Positions 48,635 through 57,901 of a DNA stretch of 64,000 bases are shown in pieces (position 1 is the stretch's first letter; each line of letters starts with the position of its first letter). The stretch comes from an uncultured virus (IMG/VR IMGVR_UViG_3300033148_003000) (lineage: Duplodnaviria; Heunggongvirae; Uroviricota; Caudoviricetes). The position numbers and the translations under genes were made by a program. The stretch lies in IMG/VR virus record IMGVR_UViG_3300033148_003000; one strand, given 5' to 3'. The notes beneath the pieces were generated by a model. That model did not search any database, was not told where the DNA came from, and saw only the letters and a list, made by a program, of their open reading frames with translations.

Positions 48635-48878
48635 GTTTATTTACCTTTAATTCATCTTTTATTGCATTTAAAATTTTATCATCATGAACTATATTATCTA
48701 ATAATGCCCAAGTTTTTAAATTATATTTTGTTAATATATCATAAAATTTATTACATATTTTACATTGAAATACAACATGTACGTAACCTATAGTACTATT
48801 ATAACCTAAACAATCATTTAAAACAATATGTTTAAATTTCTTATTTAAACATTTACATTTTGGTTTATTATTTGTCAT
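48627..48878 (-). CDS. Hypothetical Zn-binding protein
   Basis: CKC..CKIC. Confidence 0.55.
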   Translation of the reverse strand: MTNNKPKCKCLNKKFKHIVLNDCLGYNSTIGYVHVVFQCKICNKFYDILTKYNLKTWALLDNIVHDDKILNAIKDELKVNKHE

Positions 48879-49084
48879 TTTCGATTCTTCTTCCTTAATA
48901 TATTTTTAAATTCTTTTATCAATGTTTTAACTTTATTTATTTCTTCTATTATTTCTCGATCCACAGGGTTTAATCTTTCTAGATTAAATTTATCAAAATT
49001 ATCAATATACCCTATGATAAACCCAATAATAAAACCCACAGTAAATGATGTAATTATTATTACAAGTAATTCAAATATCTCCAT
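48875..49084 (-). CDS. Hypothetical membrane protein
   Basis: N-terminal hydrophobic segment. Confidence 0.55.
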   Translation of the reverse strand: MEIFELLVIIITSFTVGFIIGFIIGYIDNFDKFNLERLNPVDREIIEEINKVKTLIKEFKNILRKKNRK

Positions 49085-49315
49085 TTAAAATTCTCCAGGA
49101 TCTTCATAAAGTTCTTTTAATTTTGACCACAAGTTATATTTTTCAATCAATCCCAACACCAAATCCCAAATAACGGTTTCGCTATTTTCACTAGCTCTTA
49201 TTCCCAGTATTCGATTCTTGTGTTCTAAATACTCAATATGAGAACATTTATTCCCCTTTGAATTGACATCAAGATTTTCTAATGATTTATTATAATCACT
49301 GTTACTTCTAACCAT
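49085..49315 (-). CDS. Hypothetical protein
   Basis: GGGAG RBS. Confidence 0.55.
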   Translation of the reverse strand: MVRSNSDYNKSLENLDVNSKGNKCSHIEYLEHKNRILGIRASENSETVIWDLVLGLIEKYNLWSKLKELYEDPGEF

Positions 49316-49361
49316 ATTAATTCATCTCCCTTTATTTCTTAAACCAATCTTTAATTTACAT

Positions 49362-49640
49362 TTACTTTAAATCAAAATCAACAATTTGAGAAAATACCTT
49401 ATCAAAATACAAACAATATTCATCACATAATTTTCCAACATCTGATGATTTATCTATATTGAGTTTTTTTATTGAACCATATTCATCAATATTGTTATTA
49501 ATTATATCTAAACTTTTTTCCAATTTATCGTGAACGTTTTCACATTCTTCTCGTGATTGATAAAATACTCGTTCATAAATACACTCCCATGAATCATCAT
49601 ACTCTCCACCAAATAATTCAATTCCATATATTTTAGTCAT
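49362..49640 (-). CDS. Hypothetical protein
   Basis: ORF in operon. Confidence 0.6.
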   Translation of the reverse strand: MTKIYGIELFGGEYDDSWECIYERVFYQSREECENVHDKLEKSLDIINNNIDEYGSIKKLNIDKSSDVGKLCDEYCLYFDKVFSQIVDFDLK

Positions 49641-49901
49641 CTAACTCATCCTCGTTACATATCCATTACTACAACAATCACCATTACATCTCAAAGATTG
49701 ACAAGGAAATTCATTACAATCTGAAGGAAACGGACATTTGATAGATCGGCAATCTTTATCTTTTGTAATTTTTAAAACGTGTTCAACAAGTTTTGGATAT
49801 TTAGCTGTAAAATTTACCACCAAATAAAACAAATCCCCAAAATCCAAAACATATTTACCATCATATTTTATTTCTTTTGTATATGAACCGTATTTATTCA
49901 T
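49641..49901 (-). CDS. Hypothetical Cys-rich protein
   Basis: AAGGAG RBS. Confidence 0.55.
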   Translation of the reverse strand: MNKYGSYTKEIKYDGKYVLDFGDLFYLVVNFTAKYPKLVEHVLKITKDKDCRSIKCPFPSDCNEFPCQSLRCNGDCCSNGYVTRMS

Positions 49902-49925
49902 TTATTCTCCTTATTATTTACATTA

Positions 49926-50222
49926 TTAATAATTACTTAACCACCAATTTTTAAATTGTTCCCATATAGTTGGTTTAATTGAATCTTCATCACTATTTAA
50001 ACAGTTATCATCACTTTGTGAGTGACTCGAAGAGTTATCAACAAAATATTTACAATTATTATCTTTATTAATACATCGACAAAAATCATTATATTTTATA
50101 CTAGGAGGATATAAATAATCACCAACAATATTTTCACTCACCCAAGCATTCTTACATAGGCAATTATTAGTATATTTCATCATGTATAAATATTTACAAT
50201 TTTGACAATATACTCTATTCAT
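49926..50222 (-). CDS. Hypothetical Cys-rich protein carrying a 30-bp in-frame micro-insertion
   Basis: CQNCKY..NKDNNCKYF; insertion at 50003-50040. Confidence 0.6.
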   Translation of the reverse strand: MNRVYCQNCKYLYMMKYTNNCLCKNAWVSENIVGDYLYPPSIKYNDFCRCINKDNNCKYFVDNSSSHSQSDDNCLNSDEDSIKPTIWEQFKNWWLSNY

Positions 50223-50431
50223 TTCACTCCTTTAACTATCAATAACTTTTCTAATTCTTTATAACGTTCATCTCTTGTAATTTCTTTATCAAATTCTTCT
50301 TGATCAGTTTGTTTCTTTGTCATATACAATACAATAATATACACATTTTTGTATTTTGCATAATAATTATTTTTAATTATACGTTTTACATAATCTATAT
50401 TAATCAATTCATCATTAAATTTCAAAAACAT
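50219..50431 (-). CDS. Hypothetical protein
   Basis: ORF in operon. Confidence 0.55.
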   Translation of the reverse strand: MFLKFNDELINIDYVKRIIKNNYYAKYKNVYIIVLYMTKKQTDQEEFDKEITRDERYKELEKLLIVKGVK

Positions 50432-50443
50432 TTTATTAATCCT

Positions 50444-50641
50444 TTATGTTCTTACTCCTATTTTCTTCATAAGATCTTTTAATTTTTGTGATGGGTCTAG
50501 TATATCTCCAATCGGATGAACTTGATCTAAAGACCATTTAAATAATTCAATTTCTTCTTCAGTTAATATTATATTATCATCATTAACACTAGTCCACATA
50601 CCCATTTTGTTCCTCCATAAAAACTTCTTCACTAACAGCAA
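50444..50641 (-). CDS. Hypothetical protein
   Basis: Probable start MGMW after GGAGG. Confidence 0.5.
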   Translation of the reverse strand: MLLVKKFLWRNKMGMWTSVNDDNIILTEEEIELFKWSLDQVHPIGDILDPSQKLKDLMKKIGVRT

Positions 50642-51092
50642 AATATTCGCTTAATTTAGTTATCATATCAGTAGTTAGGGGCATTTTTCCTTCAGTAGTT
50701 TGATAAATTAGTATTACAGTCATTATTGAAGGATTTTCAAATCCCAATATTTTACACATATCAGTTATTGAAAGATCATGTTGGTTCATCAAAAATTGCA
50801 ACATTTCATGAGGTTTTGAGTCCGGTATTGGGTATGCAACCTTTTCGAAGTCTTCGATCTTTTCAGACAATTCTTCTAAATATTGATTTATTTCAACCTC
50901 ACTTACAAACTGGTTGTAACCTTGTTGCGATAATATTGTGTTTTCAATAGGTCGATTATTTACCAAATTTTCTAATATATCAAATACTTTTTTGTAAACC
51001 TTTAAATAATAATCATTGTTTTCTTCAGTTTCAATTTTTGAAGGTAAAGGATATTCTTCTATTAATTCTTTGTATGTTGGCGTTTTAGTCAT
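50589..51092 (-). CDS. higA: HigA-like antitoxin / XRE HTH protein
   Basis: YP..IETEEEND..IEDFE..YPIP..PHEMLQFLMNQHDLSITDM..LTTDMITKLSEYFAVS. Confidence 0.7.
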   Translation of the reverse strand: MTKTPTYKELIEEYPLPSKIETEENNDYYLKVYKKVFDILENLVNNRPIENTILSQQGYNQFVSEVEINQYLEELSEKIEDFEKVAYPIPDSKPHEMLQFLMNQHDLSITDMCKILGFENPSIMTVILIYQTTEGKMPLTTDMITKLSEYFAVSEEVFMEEQNGYVD

Positions 51093-51382
51093 TTATCTTT
51101 CCTTTTAACTTGTTCTGGAATCCCCATTAATGTTTCATTTCTTATATCGATTAAACTTTTTTTAATTAAATTTTCATAACAATTCAATAAATCATATTTA
51201 AATATCCCATCAACATCATTGTAATTATGGATTTGTTTAGATTCATACAATTTCACAATTTTATTGTTGATTAAAAATTCTAATTGTAAATCGCCCGATT
51301 CAATTTGAGGATTATCCATAGTGTAATCTATTTTATCTAAATTAAGTTTAAATCGGATATCAATTGTAATTTGTTTAGTCAT
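51089..51382 (-). CDS. Hypothetical protein
   Basis: ORF flanked by a 25-bp direct repeat. Confidence 0.6.
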   Translation of the reverse strand: MTKQITIDIRFKLNLDKIDYTMDNPQIESGDLQLEFLINNKIVKLYESKQIHNYNDVDGIFKYDLLNCYENLIKKSLIDIRNETLMGIPEQVKRKDK

Positions 51383-51743
51383 TTATCTTTCCTTTTAATT
51401 CTGTTTGTTCTTTTTTTAATTCATTTAATCTTTCACAACAATGATCATATCTCATAATTAATTCTTCTTTTTTTGATACTCCCATTATAGTTCCCATCCA
51501 TGGGTCTGGATTACCTGGATAACATAAAAATTCACCATTATGTATATTATTTAGCATTTTAATATTTACGTTATACACATCTGTACATTCTTTATATTTT
51601 TCATTAATTATATCTTCGATAACATCATTAGAATATTTTTTAAGGTGGTGATTAAATCTTATTGATTGGGATGTAATTTGACAATAGATCATACAACCCG
51701 CAAACCATACACCACATGTAATTAATATTATCATTTCTATCAT
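51375..51743 (-). CDS. Hypothetical membrane protein
   Basis: N-terminal hydrophobic segment. Confidence 0.55.
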   Translation of the reverse strand: MIEMIILITCGVWFAGCMIYCQITSQSIRFNHHLKKYSNDVIEDIINEKYKECTDVYNVNIKMLNNIHNGEFLCYPGNPDPWMGTIMGVSKKEELIMRYDHCCERLNELKKEQTELKGKIND

Positions 51744-52471
51744 GATTTATTACCTCTTAAATAAGGATTAGAACCCACATCTTCTAATTTAACTCTTAAA
51801 TTTCTATTAGATCGTTTTGGTTGAATGATTTCATCATTTTGTAAGTGTTTCTTTGACTTCTTAGTTAAATTGTTCAAAGATTTATGTGGTGGATTATTAG
51901 AACTTTGTGTAGGTGGTTTAATCTCTCTATTAGGATCAACCTTTCCACCTGTATAACATGGTTGATAACTTTGACCTGTTGAACCATCAGTAGGTCGTGG
52001 GATTTGTGTAACAGGTTTTTGACCACCTTTTTTAACCGAGCCTTCTTGTATAAAACCATTAGGAATTATAACTTTTTGTTTACATTTTTCTTTATTATTT
52101 TGATATTCAGTAATTAATTTATTTAAAAGTAATTTATATTTTATTGATACCAAATATTCCAAATCAATACATTTAATTTGATCGACATAATCATTAAGTT
52201 GTTGATATTCTTCTACTGTGAATTTACATAATTTTGTGTTGAATAATTCACAAGGATTTTGGTTATTGTTTTGATTTGGATAATTTTGTTCACAAGGATT
52301 CTCTCTATGTCTATCTAGTGGAGGATCAGGTGCTGTATGAAATACCGTTCCTCCATCATATTCAGTTCTATCTTCATCAACATATTTACCAAAACCGTTT
52401 ATAAACTTATTCCAATTTTTATAAAATCGTTTAAATTTTTTATTAATCATCATTATAACCTTTTTCTTCAC
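51740..52471 (-). CDS. Hypothetical protein with Pro/Gly-rich low-complexity C-terminus
   Basis: ORF track. Confidence 0.55.
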   Translation of the reverse strand: MKKKVIMMINKKFKRFYKNWNKFINGFGKYVDEDRTEYDGGTVFHTAPDPPLDRHRENPCEQNYPNQNNNQNPCELFNTKLCKFTVEEYQQLNDYVDQIKCIDLEYLVSIKYKLLLNKLITEYQNNKEKCKQKVIIPNGFIQEGSVKKGGQKPVTQIPRPTDGSTGQSYQPCYTGGKVDPNREIKPPTQSSNNPPHKSLNNLTKKSKKHLQNDEIIQPKRSNRNLRVKLEDVGSNPYLRGNKS

Positions 52472-52526
52472 AATACCATAAAACTACCACAATTAATATA
52501 CACAATAATAATATTTCAGTCATTCT

Positions 52527-52889
52527 TTACTCCTTTTTATCATCGAATCCATATTCTTCATCATATTTAGAAAAATCTTCATTCACACCACATTCCTTAC
52601 AACCATCCCATAATAATCCGATGTGATCGTCTTCCCAGTCACCGCTATGTAAGTAATGACAATATCCGTTGTTTTGTTCTAGTTGATATGGATCACTATC
52701 ACTAAATGGACAATCACTACAATATAAAATCTCATTTGGGATGTGTTTTTCAGGTTCTTCTAACATTTCAGTTAGTTCAAGATATTGTTCTTTAATAATT
52801 TCAAAAAGTTTTCGGCTTTCATTGGTAACTGGTTTTTCTTTTAGAATCCAATTCTGCATTTCTTCATATTTTAAAAAAGTTACAAACAT
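52527..52889 (-). CDS. Hypothetical Cys-rich protein
   Basis: CSDCPF..GYCHYL..LLWDGCKECGVN. Confidence 0.6.
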   Translation of the reverse strand: MFVTFLKYEEMQNWILKEKPVTNESRKLFEIIKEQYLELTEMLEEPEKHIPNEILYCSDCPFSDSDPYQLEQNNGYCHYLHSGDWEDDHIGLLWDGCKECGVNEDFSKYDEEYGFDDKKE

Positions 52890-52900
52890 TTATTCATCCT

Positions 52901-53233
52901 TTAAATATCTAAGTTTTTATTCCTTGATTTATATAAATCACATATATAACAACAATTTACTATAATACAATCATCTAAGTTATCATCATTAACACAATTT
53001 CCTATTGATTTACAACAAAATTCACGAAAATATAAACAATCAAAACAATGATTTACAGTTTCTGAAAATTTATAATTATGTTTTCTTAATTTTTCTGTAT
53101 AGTTGTTTTCAAATTTATCATTACAGTGTTCACATAAATGTACCTCTCCATCAGTTTCCACCATTTTTGTATACACATTATCTAAGAAAAAGTATAAAAA
53201 TTTACCACATTTATCACATATACAACCAATCAT
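52901..53233 (-). CDS. Hypothetical Zn-finger protein
   Basis: CDKCGK..HLCEHC. Confidence 0.55.
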   Translation of the reverse strand: MIGCICDKCGKFLYFFLDNVYTKMVETDGEVHLCEHCNDKFENNYTEKLRKHNYKFSETVNHCFDCLYFREFCCKSIGNCVNDDNLDDCIIVNCCYICDLYKSRNKNLDI

Positions 53234-53445
53234 TTTAATTTTCCTTATTCCTTAATATAACATTTTCCGTTACATACTGGGCATCTTTCTTTTTCAAACC
53301 CACCATCAAAAAGTGTTACTAATCCTAAAGATATTATTCCTTCTAATATATTATAACCAACATTTTTATAAATAGTGCCACTACCTTTACATTTAGGACA
53401 TTTTATCATTATAAACCTTTCTAATTTCTACAAATTAATAATATA

Positions 53446-53475
53446 ACTATAACAACTAACATTATACATATACAA
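53446..53475 (-). promoter_or_regulatory. sigma70-like promoter
   Basis: TTGTAT-18-TATAGT with extended TG. Confidence 0.55.
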
Positions 53476-53564
53476 CCTATATCACCATTTAATTTTGTTA
53501 ATATTTCTAATATTTGAGTTAATAACTCTATTGTTTGTGTTTCCATAAATTATTTTCCTCATAC

Positions 53565-53963
53565 TTATTTCTTCAACAATAATTTAAATTCAAAGGTTGT
53601 TGTTTCATTTAGTGAATTTAATTTCTTTAATATATCATCTACAATCCCAAGAAGTTGTTTTCTTATAAGACGTTTTTGATTAGGATTTTTAGGTTTGTTT
53701 AAAACCAAATTAAATTCATTCTCTAAGAATTCTTCATCAATAATAAAAGGTTCTTCATCATCACACCATTCTGAAATAACTTCAGTAAATCCAACATTTT
53801 CAGTATAAGACATAACAGCTTCTGGAACAAATTCATTATATAATTCCTGAATTTCCCATAATTCAAATTCGCTATATGGTTTATGGGTTAAAAACTGACT
53901 CAGTACACCAGTTTCTCCTGTGTTCCAATTTTCTAAAATTAATTTACTATAATTATCTAACAT
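53565..53963 (-). CDS. Hypothetical acidic protein
   Basis: AAGGA RBS. Confidence 0.6.
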   Translation of the reverse strand: MLDNYSKLILENWNTGETGVLSQFLTHKPYSEFELWEIQELYNEFVPEAVMSYTENVGFTEVISEWCDDEEPFIIDEEFLENEFNLVLNKPKNPNQKRLIRKQLLGIVDDILKKLNSLNETTTFEFKLLLKK

Positions 53964-54280
53964 TTGTTAATTCCTTTAACTACTTCATTTTCATTATATT
54001 CTGTATTATACCCTGTATTATATAAAACAGATGATAATAACCAATTAATCAATTCGTGTTTTATTAAAAGATATTCTAACATTTCATCATCATTATCATC
54101 TGAAAATTTCGAGAGTATTTCCTTTCTCATGGTTTTCAATACTACCCTATATGCTATATGATTGGGATATTGATATAGATCATTTCCGATACTAAATAAG
54201 GTGGTGGTTTTTAAATTTAATGTATTTGGCATTTTGTTTCCTTCATTATAGAATTTCTTTATTACTATTAACCATATCAT
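53957..54280 (-). CDS. Hypothetical protein
   Basis: Probable start MPNT. Confidence 0.55.
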   Translation of the reverse strand: MIWLIVIKKFYNEGNKMPNTLNLKTTTLFSIGNDLYQYPNHIAYRVVLKTMRKEILSKFSDDNDDEMLEYLLIKHELINWLLSSVLYNTGYNTEYNENEVVKGINKC

Positions 54281-54304
54281 AATTCTTGGTAGTTGTCAAT
54301 AGGT

Positions 54305-54973
54305 TTATGTATTGTTGTAAATATTATTAATATATCTACATAATCCATTATTGGTTTGTATAAATGTTTCTTCTGTATTACAATTATAAAATTTTTCACC
54401 TTCAAGAATATCTGGATTAAAAGAATATTCACATATTTCAAAATTATAATCTACCTTACCTTCATACCAGTTTATATCACCTTCAATAATATGTGGTTCA
54501 TCTATATTAGAATATTTTTGAGTTAATAAATCATTAAAATCATCATTTAAACAACTGTTTTCACATTCTTGAGTTATAAAATCGTTATAATAATCAACAC
54601 TTTCAGAAGCTTCTAGATATGTGCTAACATGTTCAATCATTTTTAAACAGAATGAAGTTTGATTACCTAATTGACCTTTAACATCATCATAAATACAACA
54701 ACCGTGTTTATTGAATTTTACATAAACATCTTTGTTAAATAAACTTTTAACTTTTTCTAATGAACATTTTTTCATCACCATTTGATAATGTTTTTCATTA
54801 ACATATATTTCAAACAATTTATCAAACAACTCAGGATCGACCAAATGAGAATCGATAAACATGTCTAGAAAACAGTGTTGGTTTTCTTTTTGTTTTTCTT
54901 CACATTTATTGGGTTTAAATATCCAAGATTTTAGTTTGTTAAAACAAATAGGTTTATTAAAACAAATCATCAA
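54305..54973 (-). CDS. Hypothetical protein
   Basis: ORF track. Confidence 0.55.
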   Translation of the reverse strand: MMICFNKPICFNKLKSWIFKPNKCEEKQKENQHCFLDMFIDSHLVDPELFDKLFEIYVNEKHYQMVMKKCSLEKVKSLFNKDVYVKFNKHGCCIYDDVKGQLGNQTSFCLKMIEHVSTYLEASESVDYYNDFITQECENSCLNDDFNDLLTQKYSNIDEPHIIEGDINWYEGKVDYNFEICEYSFNPDILEGEKFYNCNTEETFIQTNNGLCRYINNIYNNT

Positions 54974-55178
54974 ATATTTCAGTTTTTAATATCGAATATA
55001 ATTCCATTGTTAAAAGAAAACATGTACCTACAGGGCCTAATATACACAATATTAGTCTCATCCATGCTAATTTTTGTTTTTCTAAATGATCAAACATTGT
55101 ATTTGTGAATAAAATATTTACCATAAAACATAATAAATAAACACAGAATCCTAATAAAAATAACGCTATTGTTGTCAT
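54957..55178 (-). CDS. Hypothetical membrane protein
   Basis: Two hydrophobic segments; AGGAG RBS. Confidence 0.55.
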   Translation of the reverse strand: MTTIALFLLGFCVYLLCFMVNILFTNTMFDHLEKQKLAWMRLILCILGPVGTCFLLTMELYSILKTEIFDDLF

Positions 55179-55240
55179 AATTAACTCCTACATTGAAAAT
55201 ATTTATAAACTATTTTTGTTTTACTTTCTTTATACTGTTA

Positions 55241-55570
55241 TTAAGACAATTCTTGGTGTCGTTTTTGTAATATTGGGGCTAAACATTTACCAACGAATTT
55301 AATTGGAATTCCCAATATAGATAACGCAACAAATGGCGCAACTAATATTGGACATACTTGGTAAATTACCACACTAAATAACACAAACATTGATAACCTA
55401 AGTAATGTGTCAATTGATATTGATATTAAACTAGCAAATATCAATAAAAAATCTGTCCATTTAACATCTTTATTACCATTATTACTAATACTATTAACTT
55501 TAAAATCGTTTTTCATTTCGTCTCCTTCTTTACTCTTAACAATACACAAATAAACATTCAAATTCTTCAT
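55241..55570 (-). CDS. Hypothetical membrane protein
   Basis: Hydrophobic segments; probable start MKNDF after AAGGAG. Confidence 0.55.
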   Translation of the reverse strand: MKNLNVYLCIVKSKEGDEMKNDFKVNSISNNGNKDVKWTDFLLIFASLISISIDTLLRLSMFVLFSVVIYQVCPILVAPFVALSILGIPIKFVGKCLAPILQKRHQELS

Positions 55571-55739
55571 TAACCATTACACCTAATTTAGATAATCTTT
55601 CCAAATCTTTTTTAGATATCACATTTCCAGGATTATTAGGTGGTAGAAACAATTCCTCATAACCGGTAGATATATTATCACAATCTTTAACATATTTAGA
55701 CAAAATTTCAATAATTTGTTTTAGTTCATTAAATTTCAT
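55536..55739 (-). CDS. Hypothetical protein
   Basis: GGAG RBS. Confidence 0.6.
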   Translation of the reverse strand: MKFNELKQIIEILSKYVKDCDNISTGYEELFLPPNNPGNVISKKDLERLSKLGVMVNEEFECLFVYC

Positions 55740-55752
55740 ATAATTAACTCCA

Positions 55753-56172
55753 TTATCTTTTTATTATCAGGCCAAATATTTTTAACATTGTTGTAACCAC
55801 ACACAAAGGTGTTTCTTGATGATCAACCTGTTCATATTTTATTAACTGTTTAAGTGAAATTTCCAATTTTTTTGCAAAATCTTCTTCTGTTAGTTTCCAT
55901 GATAACCGCAGTTTGATAAATTCCTGACCGTTTAATAAACACTCTTCCAAAGAAGGTTTATAAGCTCCTAAAAAGGATGTTGTCAATTGTTGGTATTCTT
56001 TCAATTGATAATTAAAATCTGATATCATCGATAGATAACCATTTATACAACATTGTTTAACATCTTTATTTGTAAATTGGTTACAACTATCTATGGATTT
56101 TATATTATTTTCAAATATTTCCAAATTTTGTTCAGTTATTTTCTTTTGATTAGAATTTTTAATTATAAACAT
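55753..56172 (-). CDS. XRE-family HTH protein
   Basis: FIKLRLSWKLTEEDFAKKLEISLKQLIKYEQ. Confidence 0.7.
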   Translation of the reverse strand: MFIIKNSNQKKITEQNLEIFENNIKSIDSCNQFTNKDVKQCCINGYLSMISDFNYQLKEYQQLTTSFLGAYKPSLEECLLNGQEFIKLRLSWKLTEEDFAKKLEISLKQLIKYEQVDHQETPLCVVTTMLKIFGLIIKR

Positions 56173-56184
56173 TTAATTATCTTT

Positions 56185-56421
56185 CTATTCATCATAAACT
56201 TCTTCTTTCCACAATCTACCCATGTGTTCAGCATCATCAATTAGGTTTTCTAATTTACTCATTTCACATTCTGTTATATCAATACTTAAACTGTTGGCAT
56301 TATCAAAACATGAATCATGTATTGTTAACGTGTAAGTTACTTCACCACAATCAATATGAGTAGGAGTTAAACTAACTATAGCGCCATTATAAACAAATTC
56401 TTCTTGACTATTATAACCCAT
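56185..56421 (-). CDS. Hypothetical protein
   Basis: AAGGA RBS. Confidence 0.55.
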   Translation of the reverse strand: MGYNSQEEFVYNGAIVSLTPTHIDCGEVTYTLTIHDSCFDNANSLSIDITECEMSKLENLIDDAEHMGRLWKEEVYDE

Positions 56422-56548
56422 TTTTAGTTATTCCTTCCTTAATTTGTAAATTAAACTATCTATATCCATTATTTACCCCTTTTTTATTTATCATTTATTA
56501 GTTTATTGTACTTTATTTGCACATCAAGATTTTTATCTACATTCTTTT

Positions 56549-56896
56549 TTAAACATTTTTATACTCACCTTTCAAATCTTTTTTTAAACTGTGAAATGTA
56601 CCATATAATAATTCCATACAATATAATATATTTGCATGATCTAATCTTTTAAGAATAGTTAATAATATTATAATTTCATATATTGAGTTTTCTCTTTTTA
56701 TTATTGAATTTAAATTATCACAATTAAAATTTTCTAATAGTGTATTTGTTCTATCTTTAAGTAATTTAGGTAAATCTTCTTTGAATTTTTCTTTATTTAT
56801 CTCTGACAAAAATAAATCAGTTTGTTCTCCATAATCTGTTATTTGATCACATATTAATACACTTTTTAATTCATTAATTAAATTCTCTACACTCAT
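56549..56896 (-). CDS. Hypothetical protein
   Basis: ORF in operon. Confidence 0.55.
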   Translation of the reverse strand: MSVENLINELKSVLICDQITDYGEQTDLFLSEINKEKFKEDLPKLLKDRTNTLLENFNCDNLNSIIKRENSIYEIIILLTILKRLDHANILYCMELLYGTFHSLKKDLKGEYKNV

Positions 56897-57344
56897 TATT
56901 TTTATTTATCCTTTCGATCATTAGATCTAAATTGTCAGGTTCTAGTATACATGTCTTTTTATCGATGGGTTGCACCAAACCAGAACGATGATCTTTACAA
57001 GTTCCACGTTTTTGATTATAAGTCTTCACAATTTTCTTATTAATTTGAAATTCATTTGTGAACAGCTCTTCATTTTTTTGTGTATAATATTTATTTAATC
57101 TGTTACACATTTCTTTTATTGCTGATTCCTTATTGATTTTTTTAGAACGTGTATCATTGTTTGTAACCATAATACCTGTAGATTTGTGAATCAGTCTAAC
57201 ACCTTGTTTCTTTTTGTTACGATGTTGTCCACCAGCACCAGTTCCTGAAAAGAATGATATCTCAATCTTTAAATCAATATTATCTTTGTTGTATAAAAAC
57301 ATTTTGGGATGTTTCCTTATTTTCTTATTACTTCTAAACTCCAT
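56874..57344 (-). CDS. Peptide chain release factor-like protein (GGQ domain only; ArfB/PrfH-like)
   Basis: FFSGTGAGGQHRNK..GVRLIHKSTGI..RS...NK..A; VKTYN..DHRSG; probable start 57302. Confidence 0.8.
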   Translation of the reverse strand: MEFRSNKKIRKHPKMFLYNKDNIDLKIEISFFSGTGAGGQHRNKKKQGVRLIHKSTGIMVTNNDTRSKKINKESAIKEMCNRLNKYYTQKNEELFTNEFQINKKIVKTYNQKRGTCKDHRSGLVQPIDKKTCILEPDNLDLMIERINKNNECREFN

Positions 57345-57613
57345 TCAAGAAATTCTTTAACATTATCAAATTCATAAATTATATGTTGATTATCGATAAG
57401 TCTTAGATTTATTGCATATTTAAAGGTATCATTTTTAATTTTAGAATAATAATTATCAGAATTGTTGATACATACAAATGATATTAAATTTTGGATTTGT
57501 TGTAGTTTATATATTTCGTTAAAACCTTTATGATAAAATGCATATATTTTATTCTTGTTAACATCTTCAATATTTACTTCTTCAGATTTAATTTTAATTA
57601 TAACCTTTTTCAT
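57317..57613 (-). CDS. Hypothetical protein, paralogue of the C-terminus of 25104..25859
   Basis: MKKVIIK.KS.EVNIE..NKIYAF..YEFDN. Confidence 0.65.
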   Translation of the reverse strand: MKKVIIKIKSEEVNIEDVNKNKIYAFYHKGFNEIYKLQQIQNLISFVCINNSDNYYSKIKNDTFKYAINLRLIDNQHIIYEFDNVKEFLEWSLEVIRK

Positions 57614-57640
57614 TTAAACTCCTTTATTATAGTGTAACCA

Positions 57641-57889
57641 TTACCAATAATACAAATGTGGTTTACAATTTCCTAAATCAAACACCAATTCATCTGGATC
57701 AAATCCTTGTAAAACTTTCTGACATGAACGTTTATTTCTTCTTCTTTTAGGTTGGTTATTAAAGACTATGTTCCACCATTTAGGCGTTGATCTAATCCAA
57801 ATTATGTCAAATAATTCATGTTTGTTATATTTATCCCAAGACCGTTTTCTTGGTGATTTTCTTGGTCTTTTTCTTTTGTGATTAGCCAT
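57641..57889 (-). CDS. Very basic small hypothetical protein
   Basis: Arg/Lys-rich; TPKWWN..PKRR..KPHLYYW. Confidence 0.65.
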   Translation of the reverse strand: MANHKRKRPRKSPRKRSWDKYNKHELFDIIWIRSTPKWWNIVFNNQPKRRRNKRSCQKVLQGFDPDELVFDLGNCKPHLYYW

Positions 57890-57901
57890 TTTTGTAAATT
57901 C

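Noticed and set aside
56874..57344. Stop-codon recoding implied by a release-factor gene
   Set aside because: Long genes translate intact in code 11 and all three stop codons are used.
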